Both the position numbers and the translations under genes were made by a program. This document shows positions 1-11,937 of a stretch of 54,575 nt of DNA, in pieces; the stretch's first letter is position 1, and the number at the start of each line of letters is the position of its first letter. Location of the stretch: contig NW_021834265.1 of assembly GCF_006345805.1 (NCBI RefSeq), positions 1 through 54,575 on the forward strand, given 5' to 3'. This DNA comes from Octopus sinensis (lineage: Eukaryota). The notes beneath the pieces were generated by a model. The model did no database searches, was not told the DNA's origin, and saw only the letters and a list, made by a program, of their open reading frames with translations.

Positions 1-393
1 ATTCATGAAATATTTCTATTGAAAGTTTGTTTATAGAATTTGCGTAGGTGTTATCCTAAAAAGCATTAGTGATAAAGTTAGGAAGAAGAGGGGGGAGAAG
101 AAGAAGAAGAAGAAGAAGATGACGATGATGATAATGAAGTAGAAGAAGAAAAAGAAGAAGAAGAAGAAGAAGAAGAAGAAGAAGAAGAAGAAGAAGAAGA
201 AGAGAAGAAGAAAGAGAAGGGAGAATACGAATGCGTGGAAGTAGTGGGATGTTGGATGACTTAAAGTTGGCACGTTGTGGGTTATAGCTGTGATTGGGGC
301 TGTTTTCTAATGGATTCTTAGGAATGTAATATTTGCGTGTGTATTTGTGTTATTCTAAAGCTGAGGTGGATGTATCGTTTGTCGTAGATGCGT

Positions 394-1026
394 TCAGAAG
401 GGGCCTGTATTTTGTAATAAAGAGAGTTTTTTACTTATTCGTTGGCTCGAAGTTGTATCGTCCCTGAATTGGTAGAGGGGGAAAATCCTGAAGCTTGGAG
501 TTTTGTTGTTGGCGCAAATATCTATGTGTTGGCTGAATGCTATTTTTCTGTTTTTGGAAATTTTTATCTGAGATCTGTACAGGGCCATTCTTTTACATAA
601 ACTATTTTTTGTTTGGCCTATGTATTGCTCTTGACACCCAGAGCAGGTTAGTGTGTATATCAGGTTCTCCGAAGCACATGTGAAGTTGCTTTTCACTGTG
701 AAACGTTGTCCCTGTTTGAAGGAAAACTCTGATCCCTCAATTAGATAATCGCATATCCCGCAATTGGGTCTTCCACATTTTTTTACTGTCGGCTTCTGTG
801 TTGATGAGCGTATTCGAGCTTGTGTTAGGAGAATTTTCATGGATTTGGGATGTCTGAGTTCCTGGATGTTGAGTTGGAGGGCACGTTGAATACATATGTC
901 AATTAGTGAAGGTGGGTAGTTCCTGGTGATGAGGGTATCTTTTAGTTCATGTAGTCGTGTGTCTCTGGTATTTGCATTAGAAACTATAGTACATATCCTT
1001 TTTGCTAGATTGAAGGGGATATACAA
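394..1026 (-). pseudogene. PLE polyprotein C-terminal remnant: RT thumb region, Cys-rich linker and GIY-YIG endonuclease
   Basis: IPFNLAKRICTIVS...RL.ELK.TL..RNYP (PLE RT C-terminus), KCGRPNCGIC, and NLIYTLTCSGCQEQYIGQTKNSLCKRM (GIY-YIG IY..YIG.T..R motif); appears internally deleted. Confidence 0.88.
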
Positions 1027-1084
1027 ATATTCTTTTAAAAAAACTTTTCTTTTAATTGTTCTAAATTTTACTATTTAATTGTTA

Positions 1085-1121
1085 CAGTTGAAAATGTCTC
1101 AAATGACCGAAACCGGTACTG
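1085..1121 (+). ncRNA. Minimal type-I hammerhead ribozyme motif, U3-A8 variant (family H1)
   Basis: CAG-TTGAAAA-TGTC tcaaat GACC-GAAA-CCGGT-A^CTG; palindromic helix III ACCGGT; stem II has one mismatch in this copy. Confidence 0.65.
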
Positions 1122-1287
1122 AAAGGTTCTTAATAAAATTATTTTAGCATTTTCTATCTTGACTTGTTTTCTCATATATATCAACTCGTGTGTCCCTTTT
1201 CATCCTTATACATATATATATATACATACATACACATACACACACACATACATGCGTGTGCGCGCACACACACAAATATATGTAGAT

Positions 1288-1338
<51 letters not shown>

Positions 1339-1829
1339 TTAGATAGATAGATAGATAGATATCACAATTTAATATTTCGCTAAGGCATAATGAGACTAAT
1401 AACGTTGCATAGAACTCAGTATACGTATGGCCAATAACACAATGTAATTCTGTTATACAAGGATAGAATGGTAATAGAAAACAAAGAGATGACACGAGTA
1501 AACAACCAAATGTTATATAATGAACTTCATTGGCTTACAACTGTTTCTTCTATAAGATGCGGTGGCCTCAGGATAACATTCTATAGCTTCATCAGAGCCT
1601 TGCATATGAAGTGCACATTACTTGGAAAAATTACATTTACAGAACATACAGGCGTTCTGAATAATGAAGTTTGTGTCGATAGTTATGAAAATGTATGTAT
1701 GTATGTATGTATGTATGTATGTATGTATGTATGTATGTATGTATGTATGCATGTATGTATGCGCGGATGCATGCACGTATTGCAATTCCACTTGTGACAA
1801 ATCCTGTATCGAATTGGCCCTGTTAACAA

Positions 1830-1867
1830 TTATCCTTATTATAAATAATTTATTATTATTATTATTA

Positions 1868-1902
<35 letters not shown>

Positions 1903-1966
1903 AATATTATTATTATTATTATTATTATTTTATTATTATTATTATTATTATATATTATATTATAAA

Positions 1967-2018
<52 letters not shown>

Positions 2019-2070
2019 AATATTATTATTATTATTATTATTATTATATTATTATTATCATCCTTTTATA

Positions 2071-2101
<31 letters not shown>

Positions 2102-2238
2102 TAAATATTATTATTATTATATTATTATTATTATTATTATTATTATAAATATTATTATTATTTTATTATTTTATTATGATATAAATATTATTATATTATT
2201 ATTATTATTATTAGTATTATATTATTTTATTATTATAA

Positions 2239-2280
<42 letters not shown>

Positions 2281-2290
2281 CCTTATTATA

Positions 2291-2349
<59 letters not shown>

Positions 2350-2380
2350 CAACATCATCATCATCATCATCATCATCATT
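1830..2380. repeat. Long interrupted (ATT)n microsatellite ending in (ATC)n
   Basis: Direct reading; recurring variant units ataaatatt and ccttattataaataat. Confidence 0.97.
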
Positions 2381-2724
2381 AGAGCACCCAATTTATTGTA
2401 GTGTAGTGTGAGGTGACGTTTTGTGTGTTATATGTTGCGAATTTATCATTTGATTATTCATTCATTTAGAGAAAAACGGTCTCATTTAAAACTAAATGAT
2501 TGTATCTTAATTAAATCATAAAAGCGTTACGCACGACAAGTAGAGTCAAGTTTCTTGCCTCAGGGATTCAACAACAACGCGTGTGTAAGGTTAAACAATG
2601 GCGACCGGATGTCCAAACACCGAAAGCAAACAATATTTTAACAAAGTTTGTCAAGTGAGCCCCGCCAAAAGCAATCCATTAGATTGATTGGGTTCTGCGT
2701 GTTCGTGTGCCAATGTGTCGATCT

Positions 2725-2767
<43 letters not shown>

Positions 2768-3143
2768 TTACAAAGAGCGAGTGAGAGAGAGAAGGGGACA
2801 GAGAGAAGGGGAAGAGAGAGCATGTATTTGTGTGTGTATGCTCGTGTCAAAGCATCAGTGCTTACTTGCATGTCTGTATACATAACATTTGGCACACGTC
2901 AGGAAGGGGTGTGTCTGTGTATACGCATATGTGCTTGTGTCTGTGTGTGTCTGTGTGTGTTTGTGTATGTGTGCGCATGCACGCGAGCTTGCGTAAATGC
3001 ATGCACGTTTCTTCGGAGGTTCTTTATGTCTTTTTTTTTAAAGTTTCTTTGCATTTTAAAAATCTGTCAACTGTATAACACTGCAAAAGGAAACTGGAAG
3101 TACCAATCAATAGTATGCCTATTATACACACACCCACACATGC

Positions 3144-3192
<49 letters not shown>

Positions 3193-3379
3193 TATATATA
3201 TAAACACACACACATACATGTCGTACGTAATGTGAACTATACAGACACATACATATATAGTTCACAATGTGTGCGTTATGTACGTATCTCTCTCACTTTC
3301 TCTCTTTCTCTTTCTCCTTCTCTTTCCCTCTCTCTCTTTTCCTCTCTCTCACTCTCTTTCTCTCTCTCTCTCTCTGTAT

Positions 3380-3426
<47 letters not shown>

Positions 3427-4399
3427 CATGTCTGTGTGTGAGTATATTACATAGAAGCATAGAGGCGTATATATATATATATACGCACATACATGTATAT
3501 CTATATTTATATGTGTGTGTATATTATGTGTGTACGTGCGTACGCATGCGTGTGTATGGGTGTGTGCATGCATCCATTCATCAACTCTGCTATGCATATA
3601 TGCATACACGCGCCTGCCTTTGCGTGTGCTTTCGGAGAGGGCTGTTTCTCCTACAGATTAAAACAATTCCATTTAATAATAAATGTACGAATTCATAATA
3701 CAATCCGTGTTTGGTCGCCGTTTATTGCTTGTTTGATCAAATACTTACTTTACGCAGACTTATGCAACCAGATGCGATCGGAGGAGTAGCATCTCCTCTT
3801 AACACTTGTCTCTTCAGTCTACTCCTCTATCTTTCTATTTCTCTCTCTTGAAGTGGTGGTGGTTGTGGTAGGGGATTGTTGAGTCGAACCTGGGGCAGAT
3901 GAAGAAGAGAAACAGAATGAGAATACGTAGATGGGGAAGAAGGGGAAGAAGGAGAATGAGGGGACGTGGAAGAAGAATACGAAGAAGAAAACGTAGTCGC
4001 TGAAGAACTAAAATAGAAGAGAGAAGAGGAGAAGGAGGAGAATGGTGGGAAGAAAAGGAAGGTGAGGGGAAGGAGAAGAGAAAGTAGCAGAGGAAGAAGA
4101 TACAAAATCAGATGATGAAAAAGAAAAAAAAGAGATACGAAAGAAACGGAAGGAGAAGGGGAAAGGTTAGAGTTGGAGTAGGAGGCGGAGGTGGAGAAGA
4201 AATAGCAACAACTACAACACTGGTAAAAACAACGTAACGGACTGTAACTGGTAATTCGACCGGATAGAACTAGCTGCGAAATGCCACCCCTATCATGCCC
4301 TAACTTGAATCATCAGAGAAACGGATGCGATGCATGGAATGGTCACGGATGGAATGTAATTGCTTGGTCAGGGGTTAAATATCAACTATTCGTTAATAA

Positions 4400-4619
4400 T
4401 AACAGTCCTTTCTATTATGGGCACAAGGGCCGAAATTTTGTGGGAGAAGGATAGTCGATTACATCGACCCCAGTACCGGACTGGTACTTATTTCATGGAC
4501 CCCAAAAGATGAAAGGCAAAACTGACCTCGACGAAATTTGAACTCAGAACGTAAGGACAGACGAAAGGCTGCTAAGTATTTTGCCTAGCGGGCTGACAAT
4601 TCTGCCAGCTTGCCGCCTT
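4400..4619 (-). mobile_element. tRNA-derived SINE family A (head AAGGCGGCGAGCTGGCAGAA on the minus strand)
   Basis: Matches the many in-window copies: gtcgattacatcgaccccag...gaaaggcaaa...gacctcg...aatttgaactcagaacgtaa...ctgccagc. Confidence 0.85.
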
Positions 4620-4625
4620 ACGAAT

Positions 4626-4833
4626 AATAACAATCTTTTCTATTAAAGGCACAAGTCCAGAAATTCCGGGAGATGGGGTCAGTCTATTACATACACCCCA
4701 GTGCTCAAGTGGTATTTATTTTATCGAATCCGAAAGAATGAAAGGTGGAATTTGAACTCAGAACGTAAAGACGGATGAAAAGTTGCGAAGTATTATGCCT
4801 GGCGTGCTAACGAGTCTGCCATCTCTCCACCTT
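4626..4833 (-). mobile_element. SINE family A, diverged copy adjacent to the previous one
   Basis: Same diagnostic blocks, with an internal deletion. Confidence 0.8.
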
Positions 4834-5529
4834 ATTATTAATAATAATAGTAATAATCATGCTGCTGCTGATGATGATGATGAGAAGAAAAAGGAAGAAG
4901 TGGAGGAAGTGGAGGGTTTCTAGTTTCTAAGGAAAATGATATGTTGGGATCGCTATAAAAGCGTCTCCTTGGCGATAAGAGCAATACGTAAGTACATAGG
5001 GAGTGCCTAATAAAGAGAATGTATACAGAATTAGTCGAACAAATCTGGGGTCCAAAGGTTTACGAATGATTCGATCCCTCCTCAATATATAGGCATGAAA
5101 AATAATGCAATTCACAAGATAACTCCAAACAATAGCCCTTTATGCACACCATCACACCATCTCCATCTGGTACAACTAAAGCAAAACAAACTGGGACTAA
5201 TGAGGAAACCAAAGAGCTTGTAGGAACGTGTTATTCTGCAATGTACTTTCACCGAGAAGATCTTATACAGAAGAATCATACCTTAAGAAGGAATCATTAC
5301 CAACAGACCAAAGATAGCAATAAATAAATGGATATTGTAAAGAACAAGTCGTTCAATGACATGAATAGCCAGCATATTGAAGTATTCTCGTTAATTATTA
5401 TACAAATGGGAATGCAAATTAAAATGCTCATTATAGAAATGAGAAGAGGTACGAGAAAAATTTGAAATGGGGTAATTGGAGAAATTAGTCACTAATGTTG
5501 ATGTAAATAAGTGATTACAGTGCATGTGG

Positions 5530-5754
5530 ATAATCTTTTCTACTCTAGACACAAGGCTCGAAATTTGGGCGGAGTGGGGGGGGGGCACTCGATTAGATCG
5601 ATCCCAGTATGCAACTGGTACTTAATTTATCGACGTCGAATGGATGAAAAGCAAAGTCGACCTCGGCGGAATTTGAACTCGGAACGTAAAGACAGACGAA
5701 ATAACGCTAAGCATTTTGCCCAACTTGCTAATGTTTCTGCTAGCTCGCCGCCTT
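5530..5754 (-). mobile_element. SINE family A
   Basis: aaagtcgacctcggcggaatttgaactcggaacgtaaagacagacgaaa...agctcgccgcctt. Confidence 0.85.
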
Positions 5755-5853
5755 AGTGCATGTGGATAATACAGAAACACTGACTTTAACAATCTAACGG
5801 CAAACCTTTATGAGAGTGACTAAAGTCAAACACACCAAACAAATTCGTGAATA

Positions 5854-6400
5854 CAAGGGGAAGCCAAAAATTATCTGCACTTTCGCCATAACATATCTTT
5901 ATTATTGTTACACTGCCTTCTGCGTATGTTGTTACTATTGTGGCCATGTGATCGACGTTTGAGCCTGATCGCGCCATTTTTTTCGTTTTGACTTTGCAGT
6001 GTAAGCATTGTCACTCTACTAGCCATGTGTCCCTAAGAGCAAAGAGCAGTGATCCGGGAGATGGTAATGGTGAACCGGTTCACTATTACCATCTCTCGAG
6101 CATACGGAATCTTCTGGTCAGTAGTGAAAGTTGACGGGTGTCCTACTGCCTCTTCGTGCACCATGCTTGTCCGGTCAATTTTAAACTTCTCGACCCACTC
6201 GTACACGCTTTTACGCGGTAGTACACTGTCCCCGTAATGTACTAATAGCCTCCGGTGAATTTCAGCACCTGACACACGTTTCAACTAGAGAAATCGGATC
6301 ACTGCTCTTTGAACTTTTCTGGTATACATTGCTAATGGGGCGGCCATGTTTACATTGTAAAGCCAGAAAGAAAAAATAACGCGATCAGGCTCAAATTTCG
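5854..6400. mobile_element. Rearranged mariner remnant: a plus-strand 5' end fused head-on to a minus-strand transposase N-terminus
   Basis: TA-CAAGGGGAAGCCAAAAATTATCTGCAC mariner-like end at 5852; minus-strand ORF VSGAEIHRRLLVHYGDSVLPRKSVYEWVEKFK..RTS...EE.VGHPST (mariner HTH); 5957-6052 is an inverted homologue of 6295-6397. Confidence 0.8.
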
Positions 6401-6439
6401 AGAATAGATCAAACATTTTCACGGAGAACGGTGTTGTTT

Positions 6440-7380
6440 GGAATCAATTCGAAAAAACTTCAATAGAACATTGCGAGAGCTAACGAAACAATTAAGACCA
6501 CCTCTACCGAAAACGAAAAGCAAGCGTTTTTGGAAAACAATCCGGTTGGATGCCATAGAATACAATCGTGATGTTCACCGGATTCATCAGTAAGACAGAC
6601 ACACTGAATATATCAAAGAGTAAATATGGGAAGACGTCCTCTTTTGAAGATCTCAAGGCAACACTCAGATATTCTAACAAATGGAAATCATTTGAAAAAG
6701 ATAGAATTCCTACTTTCTGACTGGCTACACTTCTTGAATCCTATGAGAGAAAACAATTTTGTGTGATCCCAGGAAAATTCCTTCCTGACTGGTAGTAAAT
6801 AAATAAACTTACTTGCTCTTCCAAAGTGATGATAATTCTCCAAACTGTAGCATCCATCATTACTAAATACTTTTGTACATTCCTAATGGATAACAAAATG
6901 TCCACTAATGAATAAAATACTGCAAACGTAGCACGTATGAGTGTAAAGACTAGCTTTTAATCAATTAAGTTATACTGGAAGGATGCCATAAATGATGCAA
7001 TCATCAGCAGATTCCCCTAATTGATGCAAACATCTTTCATTGCATGGATTGATTGCAAACACGCGTTAGATAGCTTTCTCTATGGTGGAGAAATGGTTGG
7101 ACATTTTCAGAATCTCTTTGATTATTGGTAATTTTTTCAAATACAGTGAACACTGTTGATATTTCTAAAATACGGTGAACGCGGTTGACATTGGACATAA
7201 ACTGGGACATCTCTCAAAGGGAATTCTATCACCAATTCTCTTTTTCATGGCTCTCATTCCCCCTAGTAAAGCTAAGAATGGAAACAGCTCTTTGCCAGAA
7301 GTATACTTACAAGTGAACATTTTCCTTCAATGGAGTGAAGCCTTAAATACTCTGATGATTTCTACTAAAACTGCTTGGGC
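6440..7380 (+). pseudogene. Highly degraded reverse transcriptase region of an R4/Dong-like (RLE) non-LTR element
   Basis: Frame-broken motifs FWKTI, NKWKSFEKDRIPTF*L (cf. NWKSPG.D.IPNFWL), YECKD*LLIN (cf. GCKDQLLIN), LSPILFFMALIP (cf. QGDSLSP.LF.MAL.P). Confidence 0.6.
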
Positions 7381-7493
7381 AAGTATATAAAACGAAAGTA
7401 CCAGGCCCTGATAAGTGGATTTATTAGAAGTAAACAAAAAGAGGTCCATCGTACACACACACACACACAACATACATATATATAATATATATT

Positions 7494-7581
<88 letters not shown>

Positions 7582-7930
7582 ATATATATAGATGATAGAT
7601 AGATAGATATAGATAGATACATATATATATACAAGGATACAAGGGTCGAAACTCAATAAGGGTGTTCCTCATAAGGGTGTTCCAATAACACTAAACATAT
7701 TCCACGTCCTCGTGTTGTGCTTTCATGTTCGGATTAACTTTATATATATACACACATATATACATATATACATACATATATACATATACTTGCATATATA
7801 TATACATACACACCCACACACACACACACACACACACACCACACACACACATATATATATATATTATAGATATATATAATATATATATATTATATATAGT
7901 ATATATATATATATATATATGTATAATATA

Positions 7931-7976
<46 letters not shown>

Positions 7977-7979
<3 letters not shown>

Positions 7980-9529
7980 TGGCGGCCAAAATGTTCAGAA
8001 CGGCAACGGCATTGTTTCGTCAGAAAAAGATATAATTTTTATCAAAGTTGTTTTATATTCTATAATTTTCACAATAAATACATATTATTTGTTATTGCCT
8101 GAGATTTTGGTGTAATTTGAGAGGATAATACAAAAGTTATGGATGATTTAGTGATTTACTGTAAAACCCATGGCGGCCAAAATGATCAGAACGGTTGCTT
8201 TTACTCCGTGTTTTAGTATATTTAACCGGTGAACTCTAATGTTTTGAATTTGTTTACGTGACGGTTCGTTTACTAAACATTAGTAAGAATATCTGCAGTG
8301 TACTTTGTTAATATAATGCCACTTACTCCGTTACCAATTCGTCAGCAGATTATTAAGCTTCGAAGGAAGGATAATTTAAGTATTGGATCTATTGCAAATA
8401 TTGTTAACAAGTCAAAAAGTGTTGTACACGGTATTCTTAAGGTCTACGATGATTGTTGTTCGTGTGAAGCAAGAAAGTTTACAGGTAGGCCAAGAAAAAC
8501 GACCAAGAGAGAAGATCGTGCAATGGTCAACTTGGTTAAAAAGGACAGATTTAAAACTGCTGCTGCTGTTTCTCGGAAAATGAGTATTGTATTGAAGAAA
8601 ACTTTATCTCGAAAAACTGTGTCTCGTCGTTTAGTTGAACATGACCTACAAGCAAGAGCACCTGCAGTGAAGCCACTGATCAGCTCCAAGAATAAAAAGT
8701 GTCGTCTTACCTTTGCAACCGAACATGTGTTGTGGTCTCAAGAAAAATGGCAAACGGTGCATTTCAGTGATGAATCTAAGTTTATGTTATTTGGCTCAGA
8801 TGGGAAAAGGTACGTTCGTCGAAAAGTAGGTGAAAAAATTGTCGCCTAAATGCCTTAAGACTAGTGTTAAATTCGGTGGAGGAAGTGTCATGGTTTGGGG
8901 GATGATATCTGGAGATGGTGTGGGACCTTTGTGCGATTACATGGAAGGTAAATGCAGGAGTTTATAAACAACTTGTAAAAGATCATGTCTTGCATGTGCT
9001 GAGAAATTCAACTAAGCGACCACCCATATTCGTGGACAATGCCCTGTCACGAGGCTAAGGTGGTCATGAACTTCCTCAAGGCTGAAAAGTTATTGTTATG
9101 AATTGGCCTGCTCAAAGCCCAGATCTCAATCCTATTGTAAATGTATGGAAAATGTATTTAAGATCACCCAGCAAGAAATTGAAATTTAATTTCCTCATGC
9201 AGTCGAAGATGTCAGAGTGTGATTGAAGCTAAGGGCTTCACACTTCACACTAAATATTAAATATTCCAGTATTCTCTGTCATTTTTGATTATTTTGTTAT
9301 TTTTTCAACCGTTCTGATCATTTTGGCCGCCATGGGTTTTGCAGTAAATCACTAAATCATCCATAACTTTTGTATTATCCTCTCAAATTACACCAAAATC
9401 TCAGACAATAACAATTAATATTGTATTTATTGTCTGTGAAAATTATAGAATATAAAACAACTTTGATAAAAACTTATACTTACTTTTCGGACGAAAACAA
9501 TGCAGTTCTGAACATTTTGGCCGCAACTG
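7977..9529 (+). mobile_element. Near full-length Tc1-family DNA transposon, IR/DR type, with ~220-bp TIRs and TA target site
   Basis: TA-CAGTGGCGGCC...CCGCAACTG-TA; TIRs 7977-8197 and 9306-9529, each with an outer and inner 23-bp direct repeat GGCGGCCAAAATG(T/A)TCAGAACGG. Confidence 0.95.
8316..9260 (+). pseudogene. Tc1 DD34E transposase pseudogene
   Basis: HTH region, GRPRKTT, HFSDESKF, GGGSVMVWG, DNA.CH, WPAQSPDLNPI(V)NVW; frameshift at ~8845, further indels, catalytic E replaced by V, 3' internal deletion. Confidence 0.92.
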
Positions 9530-9834
9530 TATATATATATATATACATATATATCCTTCTAATTGTTTGTGTGTGTAAAACTACGAAATACAACGATGGC
9601 AGATTTCTCCGTAGATAGAAAAAAAAATTAGGAACACCCTTAATCGATTTTCTACCCTTATTGTTAATCGAATTCCCACAGAAATAAGCACCCGATTTGT
9701 ATATATTCACAACTGGACTAATAGATTCAAAGATTTGGAAATACTAATTTACGAACCATAATCGTCTGACCATTGAAAAGCAGCGGTATGTATCGACGAC
9801 GCGCGTCTATCTTTGTGTTGTATTTGTCCACACC

Positions 9835-10015
9835 ATCGCTTGACAACCGATGTTGTTTACGACCCCGTAACCTAGTGGTTTGGCAATAAGGGACCGATAA
9901 AACAAGTACCAAACTTTAAAAAAAAACTTCTGGGGTCAATTTGTTCGGCTAAACTCTTTTCAAGGCGGTGCCCCAGTATGGTCGAAGTACAATGACAGAA
10001 GCGAGTGAAAGAAGA
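9835..10015 (+). mobile_element. 3' part of SINE family B
   Basis: cgcttgacaaccgatg...cccgtaacctagtggtttggcaa...ggtgccccagtatggtcgaagt matches the tails of the full copies. Confidence 0.75.
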
Positions 10016-10107
10016 AGAAGAGACTGGCACTGAAAGGTTACTAAACAACAACGTCAACGACCCCATACACCCCACCTCGCAAAAAACCCCCAAAACAACT
10101 ACACTAT

Positions 10108-10340
10108 ATATTTCTTTACTGCCCTCAAGGGGCTAAACATAGAGGGGATAAACTAGGGCAGACAAAGGGATTAAGTCGATTACATCGACCCAGTGCGAAA
10201 CTGGTACTTTATTTATGGTCCCCGAGAGGGTCAAAGGCAAAGTCGACCTCGGCGGAATTTGAACTCAGAACGTAACGGCAGACGAAATACGGCTATGCAT
10301 TTCGCCCGGCGTGCTAACGATTCTGCCAGCTCGCCGCCTT
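10108..10340 (-). mobile_element. SINE family A, near full-length
   Basis: Complete from the tatttctttactgccc tail to the ctgccagctcgccgcctt head. Confidence 0.9.
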
Positions 10341-10799
10341 ATACTATATCCTAAAAAGACTATGTACACTATATATACATAGTGACGATTCAGCTGATGA
10401 TGAAAGTTGGGAGCTGAGAAGAGGGGGCTGGCGGTGGAGATGGACCTGGCTGGGTGGCTGGGTGGTTGGGCGGTTGGTTTTTAATTGAAGATGGATTTTA
10501 TTGAGCTGAGAGATTCGACGCTGTAAGTTGATAATGATGAGCTGTGCTGTTGTTGTTGTTACAAGTATTATGTCTCATCCCGCTTGTCACTGTCGTTGTT
10601 GTTGTTGTTGTTGTTATCGTTGTCGCCGCCGCACTGTTTGCATTCGTTGCTTTAGGCGTGTTGTTGTTGTTGTTGTTGTTGTCATAGTTTTGTATTGTAT
10701 GTTGCTTGTTCTTTTATTAGAAATTTTTTTTTTATTTTATATTTTAATTTTGTTGGCCTTTGTATCATCTGTGAGTTGAGGACGAAGGAAAGGAAAGAA

Positions 10800-11121
10800 A
10801 AAAAAAAAAACCTTTCACGATTAAAATAAAGAAGAAGGAGAAGAAGGGCAACTACTAATAATAAAATAAAAAAGAAGAGGAAGAAGAAAGAAGAAAGAAG
10901 AAAAAGAGAGGAGAGAGAGAGGAGAGGAAGGAGAAGAAGATGAGGAGGAGGAGAAGAAGAAGAAGAAGAAGAAGGAGGAGGAGAGGAGAAAGGAGGAAGA
11001 AGAAGAAGAAGAAAGAAGAAGGAGGAGGAGGAGAAGAAGAAGAGAAGAAGAAGGAGAGGAAGAAGAAGAAGAAGAAGAGAAGAAGAAGAAGAGAAGAAGA
11101 AGAAGAAGAAAGAAGAAGAAG

Positions 11122-11154
<33 letters not shown>

Positions 11155-11240
11155 AAAAGTAGAAGAAGAAGAAGAAGAAGAAGTAGAAGAAGAAGAGCAG
11201 CAGCTACAATATGAGAGGCAGCGGCAAGAATAAGAAAGAG
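10800..11240. repeat. Purine-rich (GAA/GGA)n low-complexity tract
   Basis: Direct reading. Confidence 0.95.
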
Positions 11241-11633
11241 AAACATAGGTAACAATGGGAATATAAAGGGAAACGCCATGGGTGGAGTCACATGCTGCAT
11301 GTCACGTGACTGGCACGCTTCCGTTGTATTGTCATATTGTCTCGTGTTGTTGCGTAGGTTTAAGTATGGACGGTTTTTAAGTATGTGGGTATGTTTAAAG
11401 GGTAGTGGATGTAGCTAACATTACGGGTGGGGTGGAAAATATCCGAATAGACAAGAGAAAGTGTGAGAAAGACAGAGAAGTAGAAAGTATGCATGTGTGT
11501 GTGTATCTATGTGTGTGTATGTCACTTTTAAGGTTACTACCTGCTTTTATACAATTTGATACAGGTAGTTTATCCCGCCCCCCCTCCGACTTTTAGCTCA
11601 TGCAATTGAAAATACCGCATTATTCATGGTTTA

Positions 11634-11675
<42 letters not shown>

Positions 11676-11713
11676 TAGAGAGAGAGGAGAGAGAGAGAGA
11701 GAGTGAGTGAGAA

Positions 11714-11747
<34 letters not shown>

Positions 11748-11899
11748 AGAGAGAGAGAGAGAGACCAAAGTGTATGTACGCCGCTATATATATATATATA
11801 TAACGGGAAACCTTACGAAAATAAACAAAAGACGAAGGCAGATGGAGTACAAACAAACAAATGTATTAGTATAGCGCTCAGGAATAGAAATAGAAAAAG

Positions 11900-11937
11900 T
11901 CTTTTACGTTTCGAGCCTACGCTCTTCGACAGAAAGA
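11900..11937 (-). ncRNA. Minimal HHR-like motif, CUGUNGA (A6U) variant (family H2), within a ~190-bp repeat at ~11810-11995
   Basis: TCTTT-CTGTCGA-A-GAGC gtag GCTC-GAAA-CGT-A^AAAGA; helix I 5 bp; same repeat at 36270-36430 and 49265-49440. Confidence 0.55.

Larger units (their letters stand above)
1..1209 (-). mobile_element. Penelope-like retroelement (family P1), 5'-truncated copy with an inverted pseudo-LTR at ~1028-1209; the 3' end runs off the window
   Basis: Carries the GIY-YIG ORF at 394-1026; 1-830 aligns by eye with 44200-45100; 1028-1209 matches the terminal repeat at 45140-45337 and contains an HHR motif. Confidence 0.85.

Noticed and set aside
4927-5115. 62-aa minus-strand ORF
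   Set aside because: Short, no recognisable motif, no supporting splice signals.
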